A stretch of 64,000 nt of DNA from contig CANQKD010000008.1 in the NCBI GenBank assembly GCA_947624375.1, positions 1-64,000 of the forward strand, read 5' to 3'. Below are positions 8,731-18,700 of this stretch, in pieces. The position numbers were made by a program, and so were the translations under genes. Origin of the DNA: an uncultured Clostridia bacterium (lineage in GTDB: Bacteria; Bacillota; Clostridia; Oscillospirales; Ruminococcaceae). Numbering within the stretch: the first letter of the stretch is position 1; each line of letters starts with the position of its first letter. The notes below the pieces were generated by a model, which was given only the letters and a program-made list of their open reading frames with translations, was not told where the DNA came from and did not search any database.

Positions 8731-8981
8731 CAAAGCATTTTGCCATAGTTTAATATACCTTCCCTTCTTTGCCTTGCCCGATACCCCCCCTTCGGGCAGG
8801 GCGCTTTTTTGTATATCTGAACGCGTTATCACTTTAGCAGAATGATTATTTGCACAAAAGCGCTTGCAATTTTTGAAAAAGTATGTTACAATATATACAA
8901 CATGAAGTATTTATTTGTTTAAAGAATGAATTATTTCATACACAAAGGCAACAGACAGCCGTGCAGACAGGTGGGGATAAT

Positions 8982-11087
8982 ATGAGCGGCAATAATATCA
9001 CAAGTACAAACAATCGGACAGATTCACTTACGGGACTCAAAAGCTATGCGGCATTCAGGCAGGAAGTTCAGGCGGTAATAGACAGCGACGAGCAGGGCAT
9101 TGTAAACGGCGGGTATGTTCTGATATACTTCGATATAATGCGCTTCAAGGTGATAAATGACCTGTTCGGCACGCAGGAGGGCGATAATTTTCTGGTCTTT
9201 ATGGCGCAGCAGATAACCGCTATCGGCGGCAAGGGCTGCATTGCCACGCGCATAAATTCCGACAGATTCGCGTTGTTTGCAAAAAAGGGCAGAGAAGAGA
9301 CCGATAGGGACGTTCAGACGTTTTTGCAAAATGTTGCAGAATACCCCCTGCCGTATGAGATAATATGCAACATGGGCATATATGTTACAAAGCGCGTTAT
9401 GAAAGCCGAGTTCATGCTGGACAGGGCAATTCTGGCATACTCTATAATCAAAGGCGACTATGTTAAACGCTATAATTATTACGATTCTTCGCAGCGTGAT
9501 GCAATGCTGGGCGAGCAGGAGATAACCAGCATGATGAGAGCCGCGCTGGCAGACAGGCAGTTTGTTGTATACTATCAGCCGCAGTATAATCATACTGACG
9601 GTTCTTTGGTGGGCGCTGAGGCGCTTGTGCGCTGGAAACACCCCAAGAGGGGTATAATACCTCCCGGCGTTTTCATACCCATTTTTGAAAAGAACGGCTT
9701 TATCACCGAGCTTGACCTTTATGTCTTTGATGAGGTGTGCGCTTTCATACGCCGATCGATAGATCATGGCAACAAGACCGTGCCAATATCGGTAAACATA
9801 AGCAGGCGCGATATCTACAAACCCGATATCGTCGGTGTAATGGAGAGCATTCGCCAAAAGTATGATGTGCCCGTTGATCTTTTGCGTATTGAAGTTACCG
9901 AAAGCGCGATAATCGACGGCGTGCAGCAGCTCAACGATGTTATAGACCAGCTGCACAAAAAGCATTATATCATAGAAATGGACGACTTCGGCAGCGCGTA
10001 TTCATCGCTCAATGCGCTGAAAAATATCGACCTTGACATACTGAAACTCGATCTGAAATTCCTTGCCGACGACAAGAAAGAGAGCGATAAAAAGCACGGC
10101 GGCATAATACTCAGCCACGTGGTAAGAATGGCAAAATGGCTGGGCTTTTCGGTAATTGCCGAGGGCGTTGAGCATATGGAGCAGGCGGACTATCTGCTCA
10201 GCATAGGCTGCTGCAATATACAAGGTTTTCTGTATGCCAGACCGATGCCTGAGAGCGATTATACCGACCTTTTGAAGACCGCACAGCTTAGCAAGACCAT
10301 GCCTGCAATGCACCTTATAAGCACTATGGACGCAGACAATTTCTGGGATCCAAAGTCGCTGGAAACGCTTATTTTCAACAACTATGTTGGCGGCGCGGTC
10401 ATATTTGAATACCGCAGCGGAGACATCGAGCCGCTCAGGATAAACAAAAAGTACATCAGAGAGATAGGCGGTCAGTTCACAGAAGATCATATTATGGCAA
10501 GTGAACCGCTGGGTATGCTTGACGATCTGAACAAGAAGATATACATCGATATGCTTGAAAGAGCCATCAAGAGCGAGCAGGAGGAAGAATGTGAAACGTG
10601 GCGCACTTATGAGGGCTGCAAAGAACCGATATGCGTGCGTTCTTCGGTGCAGCTCATAGGCAAAAGCGTTGACAGCTATCTTTTCTATGCGATGATTCGC
10701 AATATAACAGCCGAGAAGAAAGCTATGGAAGAAATAATCCACCGCGAAAAGCTGTTCAGGGCTGCCAGCGAACAGGTGAATATATACTACTGGGAATATG
10801 ATGTAAAGACCAAAAATATGTACCCTTGTTTTCGGTGTATAAGAGATCTGCACCTGCCCGATGTGGTCTGCAACTACCCCGAACCTGCCATAGAAATGGG
10901 TATTTTCCCGATCGAGGTGGCAGATGAGTACCGCGAGATACACAAGCGTATAGAAAACGGCGAAAAGGAGATAGAGACCGTTATGCCCCTTACCGCCGCG
11001 AGAGTGCCTTTCAAGGTGCGCTATACCACAGAATTTGATGAAAACGGCGTACCGATAAGAGCGTATGGCTCTGCGGCGAAGATATGA
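8982..11087 (+). CDS. Degenerate GGDEF (RINSDRFALF) plus EAL (GAEALVRW) domain protein with a ~270-aa C-terminal domain of unknown function
   Basis: Start set at MSGNNITS. The EAL signature and downstream catalytic motifs (DDFG, KLD, EGVE) are intact, while the GGDEF motif is replaced by SDRFA. A sigma-A-like promoter is at 8856-8885: TTGCAA, 17 nt, TACAAT. Confidence 0.8.
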   Translation: MSGNNITSTNNRTDSLTGLKSYAAFRQEVQAVIDSDEQGIVNGGYVLIYFDIMRFKVINDLFGTQEGDNFLVFMAQQITAIGGKGCIATRINSDRFALFAKKGREETDRDVQTFLQNVAEYPLPYEIICNMGIYVTKRVMKAEFMLDRAILAYSIIKGDYVKRYNYYDSSQRDAMLGEQEITSMMRAALADRQFVVYYQPQYNHTDGSLVGAEALVRWKHPKRGIIPPGVFIPIFEKNGFITELDLYVFDEVCAFIRRSIDHGNKTVPISVNISRRDIYKPDIVGVMESIRQKYDVPVDLLRIEVTESAIIDGVQQLNDVIDQLHKKHYIIEMDDFGSAYSSLNALKNIDLDILKLDLKFLADDKKESDKKHGGIILSHVVRMAKWLGFSVIAEGVEHMEQADYLLSIGCCNIQGFLYARPMPESDYTDLLKTAQLSKTMPAMHLISTMDADNFWDPKSLETLIFNNYVGGAVIFEYRSGDIEPLRINKKYIREIGGQFTEDHIMASEPLGMLDDLNKKIYIDMLERAIKSEQEEECETWRTYEGCKEPICVRSSVQLIGKSVDSYLFYAMIRNITAEKKAMEEIIHREKLFRAASEQVNIYYWEYDVKTKNMYPCFRCIRDLHLPDVVCNYPEPAIEMGIFPIEVADEYREIHKRIENGEKEIETVMPLTAARVPFKVRYTTEFDENGVPIRAYGSAAKI

Positions 11088-11129
11088 ATATACGGCGAAC
11101 GGTTTTTGTGACTTTACGGGAGGTGCTTT

Positions 11130-11573
11130 ATGGATAATACCACTATGTCCGGAAAATTTATGCGGTCAAAGCCGGTAAGAATGATCTTTCCGTTTTTAAA
11201 AAAGTATCGTGAAATACTGCTATACATTATCTTCGTGGGAGCAGCGCTCCTTTTGAATAACGCAATGGCTCTTCCTTTTGAAGATGGTATAATATCATTT
11301 TTGTATAGCAGGGCACATGGTTGGATAGTCTGTGTGGTCTTGCAGTTTATTGTGAACAAATACATTGTCTTTCGCAGAGAAGTCAAAGGCAATATATGGC
11401 TTCAGATGCTGAAGTTTGCGTTTTGCTGTCTGCTAACGCTTTCTGTTCAGATAATACTGATAGTGGAGCTGTATTTCACTTTTGTATTTTCGTGGAATAT
11501 GATAAGGCTGATCCTTTGTGCCTTTGCGGTAATAGTGAATTATCTGGTATGCAAGTTTTGGGTCTTCAAGTGA
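11130..11573 (+). CDS. GtrA-family membrane protein
   Basis: 4 TM helices. The C-terminus ...NYLVCKFWVFK is typical of GtrA-like proteins. Confidence 0.6.
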   Translation: MDNTTMSGKFMRSKPVRMIFPFLKKYREILLYIIFVGAALLLNNAMALPFEDGIISFLYSRAHGWIVCVVLQFIVNKYIVFRREVKGNIWLQMLKFAFCCLLTLSVQIILIVELYFTFVFSWNMIRLILCAFAVIVNYLVCKFWVFK

Positions 11574-11721
11574 TCCGCATATAGCAATATATGGGCGCGG
11601 CGGTGTTCGCGTCTGTATTTTTTTGAAAAAATTTTAATAGGCTCTTTACATTTTTATGGAATTACTATATAATATAAATATATGTATATTAAAAGTATTA
11701 AAAGCGCGAAAGGAAATATTT

Positions 11722-12840
11722 ATGCTGATATTAGATGACCTTAAACAAACGCTCGTGTCGTTCGAGCCCAAGCTGAAAGAGCTGTATACCGTTCTTGCTA
11801 TTGAAGATAAAAAGCAGCAGCTGAAAGAGCTTGAAGAGCAGTCGGCAGGGGCGGACTTCTGGAACGATGCGGATAATTCTCACAAGGTGCTCAAAAAGAT
11901 AAGCTCTTTGAAAAGCATCATAACCAAATACGATAAGCTTAAAGAAAAGTTTGACGACATAGGCGTTATGATAGAGCTTGCCGCCGAGGAGGACGACGAG
12001 AGCATACTTGCCGAGATAAAGACCGACCTTGACGAGTTTACCAAAAATGTAGATGAACTCACCTTAGCTACACTGCTTACCGGTCAGTATGATGCGAACA
12101 GCGTTATACTCACTTTGCACGCAGGCGCAGGCGGAACAGAGGCGCAGGACTGGACAGAAATGCTTATGCGTATGTATCAGCATTGGGCAGATGCTCACGG
12201 CTATAAAACGACCGTTTTAGATACCCTTGACGGCAACGATGCAGGCATTAAAATGGCTTCTATGATGATAGAGGGCGAGAACGCTTATGGCTATCTTAAA
12301 AGCGAGGCTGGTATTCACAGGTTGGTAAGGATTTCGCCGTTCGACGCTTCGGGTTCAAGGCATACCTCATTCGCGGCGGTAGACGTTATGCCTGAGATAG
12401 ACGACGATATAGAAGTTGAAATACGCCCCGAGGATATTAAAATGGACGTTTTCCGTTCAAGCGGCGCAGGCGGTCAGCATATAAACAAAACGTCGTCGGC
12501 GGTAAGGCTTACGCATATACCCACGGGAATAGTAACTTCCTGCCAGACACAGCGTTCGCAGGTGCAGAACAGAGATTTTGCGATGAAGATGCTCAAATCA
12601 AAGCTGATGGCTATTAAAGAAGCCGAGCACCTTGCGACTATCGCGGATATAAAGGGCGTTCAGAAAGAGATTGCGTGGGGCTCGCAGATACGTTCGTATG
12701 TGTTCATGCCGTATACGCTTGTTAAAGACCACAGAACAGGCTATGAGCAGGGCAACGTAAACGGCGTTATGGACGGAGACCTTGACGGCTTTATAAATGC
12801 GTACCTCAAAGCGCTTTCTTTGGGACAGATAGAAAAGTAA
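11722..12840 (+). CDS. prfB: Peptide chain release factor 2
   Basis: SPF tripeptide and GGQ motif are present. The ORF is contiguous from MLILDD, so there is no +1 frameshift site. A strong RBS is present. Confidence 0.9.
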   Translation: MLILDDLKQTLVSFEPKLKELYTVLAIEDKKQQLKELEEQSAGADFWNDADNSHKVLKKISSLKSIITKYDKLKEKFDDIGVMIELAAEEDDESILAEIKTDLDEFTKNVDELTLATLLTGQYDANSVILTLHAGAGGTEAQDWTEMLMRMYQHWADAHGYKTTVLDTLDGNDAGIKMASMMIEGENAYGYLKSEAGIHRLVRISPFDASGSRHTSFAAVDVMPEIDDDIEVEIRPEDIKMDVFRSSGAGGQHINKTSSAVRLTHIPTGIVTSCQTQRSQVQNRDFAMKMLKSKLMAIKEAEHLATIADIKGVQKEIAWGSQIRSYVFMPYTLVKDHRTGYEQGNVNGVMDGDLDGFINAYLKALSLGQIEK

Positions 12841-12862
12841 TATATGAAAGGGAGGCTGCATT

Positions 12863-13462
12863 ATGGCAGGCTACGGAGCGATAACTATTGAAAGGCAGTA
12901 TGCCAGCGGAGGCAGCGAGATAGGCAGGCTTATCGGCGAAAAGCTTGGCATACCGTATCACGACCACGAGATACTTGAAATGGCGGCAAAGAACATAGGC
13001 ATAAAAGAGGAAATGGCAGGCTTTGCGGAGGAGACCACCACAAATTCTCTGCTGTTCAATCTGTCGCTGCTGAGAAATAAAAGCGGCGAACTGCCTATCT
13101 CCGAGCGCATTTTCAACGAGGAAGCGGCTATAATCAGCGGTCTTGTTAAAAACGGCCCGTGTGTTATTGTCGGCAGATGCGCAGGATATATACTTAAAAA
13201 CCGCGTAAAAACGCTTAATGTTTATATCTATGCTGAGTATGAAACGCGCTTTGACAGAGCTATAAACAAGTATGGCGTTTCGCCCGATGAGGCAAAGGAC
13301 GTTATAAAGAAGTACGACAAAAAGCGCGGAGATTTCTATAACGCCAACACCAAGCTCAAATGGAGCGATAAGGAATGTTATCATCTGTGCTTAAACAGCG
13401 GCAAACTCGGCACAGAGCGCTGTGCGGACATCATCTGCGCGATATACGATATGGGGAAGTAA
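12863..13462 (+). CDS. Cytidylate-kinase-like family protein
   Basis: 199 aa with an N-terminal P-loop-like GGSEIG. Its length and pattern match the cytidylate kinase-like family. Confidence 0.65.
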   Translation: MAGYGAITIERQYASGGSEIGRLIGEKLGIPYHDHEILEMAAKNIGIKEEMAGFAEETTTNSLLFNLSLLRNKSGELPISERIFNEEAAIISGLVKNGPCVIVGRCAGYILKNRVKTLNVYIYAEYETRFDRAINKYGVSPDEAKDVIKKYDKKRGDFYNANTKLKWSDKECYHLCLNSGKLGTERCADIICAIYDMGK

Positions 13463-13469
13463 AATAAAG

Positions 13470-14081
13470 ATGGATACTAATGTTTTATTTGATCGTATAA
13501 TAAATGCGGTGCATACCGACGGTGTTAGCGTGATAGGTATCGACGGACTTGGAGGCGCAGGAAAGAGTACTATATCCGAAAAGCTGTGCCAGAATTTCTC
13601 AGAGCATGGTTTTCATACTGTTTTGCTTCATATAGACGATTTTATACATATGCGAAAATTAAGATATAATTCGGCATATCCTGATTGGCAGTGTTACTAT
13701 GATCTGCAGTGGAGATTTGATTATTTTTCAAATATAATAAACGAGATCAAGAGCAGACACGATGATCATGTTGATATTGAGTTGTACGATAAAGAGAACG
13801 ATACATATTATCAGCAGCGTTTTTCTGTCCTTGATAAAACTATCGTTATCGTGGAGGGCATATTCCTCCAAAGGGAAGAATACTGTAATATATTCGACTA
13901 TATGATATATATTGATATTCCCGAGCAGATAAGGCTTGATAGGGTGCTGAAAAGAGATACCTATATCGGTGATGAGCGGCAGATCATTGATAAATATAAA
14001 AGCAGATATTTCCCTGCCGAACATAGGTATATGGAGCAATTCTGCCCTCAGAATAATGCCGATCTTGTGATAAGTGAATAA
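13470..14081 (+). CDS. Uridine kinase/phosphoribulokinase-family P-loop kinase, in a low-GC segment
   Basis: Walker A GIDGLGGAGKST. Start set at MDTNV. The gene is visibly AT-rich compared with its flanks. Confidence 0.6.
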   Translation: MDTNVLFDRIINAVHTDGVSVIGIDGLGGAGKSTISEKLCQNFSEHGFHTVLLHIDDFIHMRKLRYNSAYPDWQCYYDLQWRFDYFSNIINEIKSRHDDHVDIELYDKENDTYYQQRFSVLDKTIVIVEGIFLQREEYCNIFDYMIYIDIPEQIRLDRVLKRDTYIGDERQIIDKYKSRYFPAEHRYMEQFCPQNNADLVISE

Positions 14082-14170
14082 TGGTTGTGTTATTTCCAAT
14101 TTATCGGGTTAATAGTGAAGCGGTAAACCGGGATCTACTATACATATTACATGAAAGGAATTGATCGAAC

Positions 14171-15085
14171 ATGGCGCTGCCGGAGTTTAGCAAGCTTACG
14201 CAAAACACAACAGCCGTTCCGCAGTGGGCAAAGTACATGAAAAACGGCGAGTTTATAAGCTATTACACCACATACCATAGCAAGATATATTTTGATCTGT
14301 TTGATAAGTATGTATACCCCTGCGAGAAGTCCGGCGATATTACATATTACGTCTACGACCCCGTAAAGCACGGCGCGCCTGACGATAAAAAATACCCCGT
14401 GCTCATGTGGCTGCACGGCGCAAGCAACGCACTTGACGGCGTGAAATGCATCATGTGCTGCGGCGCTGAGCAGTATGCCTCGCCAAAGTATCAAAGCGAA
14501 ATGGGCGGCGCGTATATCATCGTTCCCCTCGCCAACGAAAAACGCCTTGAAAACGGCAATATCGACGGCACTTGGTCGGAAGTTTATTCCGCACCGATAA
14601 AAGGCATATACGATAAAGTCTGCAAAGAGCACGAGGGAAACATAGGCAAAAAGTTCGTCATGGGCGCATCTTCGGGCGGCTATTTTACATGGCAGCTGCT
14701 GGAGGACTTTGGCGGATATTTTGACGGCGCTATACCTATATCATCGGGGTATGTTCCCGATGACGAAGCTCTTGACAGGATTTCCGACAGCGGCGTAAAC
14801 TTGCTTATCGCCCACGGCAGACATGACGAAATGGCTGACTTTGACGAGTGTATCTCACCGCGTATAGATAAACTTATGGGCATGAAAAACTGCATCTGCT
14901 TCTTCCCCGAGTGGGTGTATAATGGCGACGGCGGCATATCTTCGGTGCACTTCGGCATTGAAATGGGTCAGCACTGTATGATAAACTGGGTGCAGTCAAA
15001 CCTGATGTTCGATAACGGCACACCTGCCGATGAACGTCTCCCAAATGGCATAACCGGCTGGATAAAAAGCGTGTGCGAAAAGTAA
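14171..15085 (+). CDS. Alpha/beta-hydrolase-fold esterase/peptidase
   Basis: GxSxG nucleophile elbow (GASSGG), plus downstream Asp and His candidates (IAHGRHDE). Confidence 0.6.
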   Translation: MALPEFSKLTQNTTAVPQWAKYMKNGEFISYYTTYHSKIYFDLFDKYVYPCEKSGDITYYVYDPVKHGAPDDKKYPVLMWLHGASNALDGVKCIMCCGAEQYASPKYQSEMGGAYIIVPLANEKRLENGNIDGTWSEVYSAPIKGIYDKVCKEHEGNIGKKFVMGASSGGYFTWQLLEDFGGYFDGAIPISSGYVPDDEALDRISDSGVNLLIAHGRHDEMADFDECISPRIDKLMGMKNCICFFPEWVYNGDGGISSVHFGIEMGQHCMINWVQSNLMFDNGTPADERLPNGITGWIKSVCEK

Positions 15086-15095
15086 TAAAAAACAA

Positions 15096-15136
15096 ATAAG
15101 TACGAAAAAAGCCGTGCATCAAAGCGATGTACGGCT
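15096..15136. terminator. Bidirectional intrinsic terminator between the convergent hydrolase and SASP genes
   Basis: A GC-rich hairpin (gccgtgcatc...gatgtacggc) is flanked by an A-run and a T-run. Confidence 0.6.
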
Positions 15137-15152
15137 TTTGCTTGCAGTAAAA

Positions 15153-15341
15153 TTACTGTCTGTTTCCGCTCTTGTAAGCGTCGATCATTTTCTTAACCAT
15201 CTGACCGCCTACGGAACCTGCCTCGCGAGAAGTCAGGTCGCCGTTGTAGCCCTGCTTGAGGTTTACGCCGACTTCGTTGGCAGCCTCCATCTTAAATCTT
15301 TCGAGGGTCTGTCTGCCCTGATCTGTAGTAATACCTTTCAT
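15153..15341 (-). CDS. Small acid-soluble spore protein, alpha/beta type
   Basis: 62 aa. Contains EVGVNL and TSREAGSVGGQMVKKMI, which are the two conserved SASP motifs. Confidence 0.85.
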   Translation of the reverse strand: MKGITTDQGRQTLERFKMEAANEVGVNLKQGYNGDLTSREAGSVGGQMVKKMIDAYKSGNRQ

Positions 15342-15737
15342 TACTTACACTCCTTAAATAGAATCTGTTCGTTAGGGAACATACTGTTATTTTGTAAAAT
15401 ATCCGCGAATTTATTAGTGGAAATGCCTGGGGAAAAGTCTGCCGCAGTCCGGCGAGGCATTTGACCGCAGGCACTGAAGCCTTAAAATACAAACGCGGAA
15501 ATTTTTTGCCGCGCGATATTTCGCACAGCGATACAGTTCATATTTACCCCTGATATATTTGCGGTTTTTGCCGCTGAAAGTATTTTAACCGAAGCTTTCG
15601 CTAATATGTAATTTTCGCGTTGACAAATAATTGAAGATTTTTTGTAAGCAACAAGCATAAAAAACAAACCGAAGGGATTTAACGTTCCTTCGGCTTTTTG
15701 TAAAATGCCGGATCGCTCCGATTCGGCGTAATAAAAG

Positions 15738-18700
15738 TTACTCATCATCATTTTCCGATGCGTTTTTATTACCGTCATCTGATTTTTCTGAGGCTGCAAT
15801 ATCTCCCGATGCTGTGTAGATGCTGTTAAGCAGTTCTAACACACGGATGAACAGGGGATCGTTCTTTATTTCCGGTTTTTCAATAATGGCAATTTCTTTT
15901 TCAAAGCAACGTTTTACAGCGGCAATATCACCTTGCTTTAAAAAGCTCACGATCAGACCTGTAAAGCATATACAAAAACTATTGCAGCAAAGATCAAGCG
16001 CCACCTTGTTTATATTAGAGTCCTCATGTTCTGCCAGTTTCTCCCTGATGGGAATTTCCTTTTCATATAATTCTACTGCGTAAGCGTAGTCTTCCTGCTT
16101 TTGGCAGATGTCGCCAAGATCTCTGTAGCAATCAGCAAGTTTTTTCAGGTTATCGCCGTGATCATCATTTTCTGCCTTTTTTTCTAAAATGGCAATTGCT
16201 TTTTCAAAACAGATCTTAGCCTCGCCGTAGTCTTTCGTTTCTTTGCAGATGCTGCCAAGCACGCTTAACACAGTGATGTACATTGGCTTGTTCTTTATTT
16301 CCGGTTTTTCAATAATGGCAATTTCTTTTTCAAAGCAACGTTTTACAGCGGCAATATCACCTTGCTTTAAAAAGCTCACGATCAGACCTGTAAAGCATAT
16401 ACAAAAACTATTGCAGCAAAGATCAAGCGCCACCTTGTTTATATTAGAGTCCTCATGTTCTGCCAGTTTCTCCCTGATGGGAATTTCCTTTTCATATAAT
16501 TCTACTGCGTAAGCGTAGTCTTCCTGCTTTTGGCAGATGTCGCCAAGATCTCTGTAGCAATCAGCAAGTTTTTTCAGGTTATCGCCGTGATCATCATTTT
16601 CTGCCTTTTTTTCTAAAATGGCAATTGCTTTTTCAAAACAGATCTTAGCCTCGCCGTAGTCTTTCGTTTCTTTGCAGATGCTGCCAAGCACGCTTAACAC
16701 AGTGATGTACATTGGCTTGTTCTTTATTGCCGGTTTTTCAATAATGGCAATTTCTTTTTCATAGCAATTTTTTGCAGCAGCAAGATCACCTTGCTTTACA
16801 AAGCGTATGAGCAGACTAGTAAAGCATAAACAAAAACTATTGCAGCAAAGATCAAGTGCCACCTTGTTTATATAAGGGCCCTCATGTTCTGCCAGTTTTT
16901 CTCTGATGGGAATTTCTTTTTTATATAATTCTACTGCGTAAGCGTAGTCTTCCTGCTTTTGGCAGATGTCGCCAAGATCTCTGTAACAATCAGCAAGTAC
17001 TTTCAGCATTGCATCAGGATCATCAGGTCCCGCTAGTTTTTCTAAAATGGCAATAGCTTTTTCATATCGGTCTTTAGCAGTTATGTAGTCTTCCTGCTTT
17101 TTGCAGATGTCGCCAAGATCGCTGTAACAAACAGCGATATTTTTCTGTGTCTCGTCAGAATCATCATGCTCAGCCAGCCTTTCTAAAATGGCAAGCGCTT
17201 TTTCATAACGTTCTTCAGCGGTGAAGTAGTCTTGTTGTTTTTTGCTGACGTCACCAAGATCGCTGTAACAAACGGCGATATCTCTTTGTATATCGTCAGG
17301 ATCATAATGCTTTGCCGGTTTCTCTAAATATTTAAGCGCTAGTTTATACGATTCTTCAGCGTAGTCGTATTCTTTGTATTTTTTGTAGTACATCTGGGCA
17401 TTACCAACAAGTCGGTAACAAAGAGAGACTGCTTTTTGCGCATATTCACGCTCGTCATCTTTTTTTGATAGTTTTTTTGGAGCTTTGTCAAACCAAATTT
17501 CCGCTGCCCAAATATAGCCTTTTCTCACGCAAATGATACCGATCTCGTAAGCAGTTTTAAAATCATCGTTCAGATGTGAAGTGTCTAAGTTTTCTGTTTT
17601 TGCTATGTCTTCTAAGGTGGATCCTTTTTCTCTTAAAATTGCTTTGCTCTGTAAAAATTCTTTGCCAAGAGATCCATAGGTCATATCCAGAGACTCGATC
17701 CATTCTTTTGCACCAGCAATATCGCCCTGCCTGTCACAGTCGTCGGCATGCCTGAAACAACGTGTAACAAACTTTTCAAAGTGTTTTTCCTCGATCAGCT
17801 TATCGGTTGCAACAGCCTTTTCAAAATAGACTTTTGCAGCGTCATTATCGCCCAGCTTGTGACAGAACACATAAAGCTTTACATAAGTTTCAGAAAGCGT
17901 GAAAAATGACATCTCGGAATTTTTTTCTTCTGCCTCTTTTTCTCTGACTGTGACTACTTTTTCATACCATACTCTGGCATTTGAAATATCTCCGTTCTTC
18001 TCATGAAAATCACCGATATCACTGTACAAATAATAAAACCGATCATTTGCCTTGTCAACATCTTCGGTCGCAGCCAGTTTTTCAGTAGCTTCGGCAGCTC
18101 TTTCATACCACATTATTGCCATGGGCAGATCTTCAAGATGTTTTCGCCAAAAATCGCCGGAAAAATTATAGATGCTATACAGTTCGCGGTATTCTTCAGC
18201 AGTGCCGATATGATCCGGCAGTTTTTCTTTGACCTTGAATGCTTTTTCTGACCACTCTATTGATTCCTGCGTTTTGTTAAGCTGTAAATAAGAAAAGCTT
18301 ATATCTAACAGCGTCTTGAAAAGATGATTTTCAAACCAATCATCAGAAAACCGCTTCATCAGTTCTTCTAAAACAGCAAGTTCTTTTTTGTATAGTTCCA
18401 GCGCATCCCACCAATTTGCATAAATTATTTCCCAATAATCCCATGTTTGTGTGGTATCTGATGCCCATTGACGGTAATCGAGCATCCATTGTCTTGCATC
18501 GCTTTCTGCCCCTGTTTTTTTGTACTGCTCTTCTCTGAGCTGCACAAGGCGTTTTTGCCATTTGATAGCATTCGGGAAATCACGCTCAACGCCCTCGCCT
18601 TCATGATATAAACTTGCCAGCTTTGAAATTGCTTCGGGCAGGTCTTGCTCTGCTGCGGCGGTTATCATCTTCACGGCACGTTCACGGTCTACCTCAACAT

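Noticed and set aside
9024-10943. Two 313-aa minus-strand ORFs inside the GGDEF-EAL gene
   Set aside because: These are antisense to a well-supported domain-containing CDS and have no RBS. They are a typical artefact of a GC-biased third position.
11656-12840. Programmed +1 frameshift in prfB
   Set aside because: The RF2 reading frame is contiguous from MLILDD (11722) through the SPF and GGQ motifs. No in-frame UGA with a CUU-UGA-C context occurs near codon 25. The upstream extension in the ORF track (from 11656) lacks an RBS.
15820-16512. Plus-strand ORFs of 87 and 89 aa (15820-16083 and 16243-16512) with identical sequences
   Set aside because: They lie antisense within the TIR-TPR gene and exist only because the 429-bp tandem repeat is duplicated. 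There is no RBS and the composition is typical of antisense frames.
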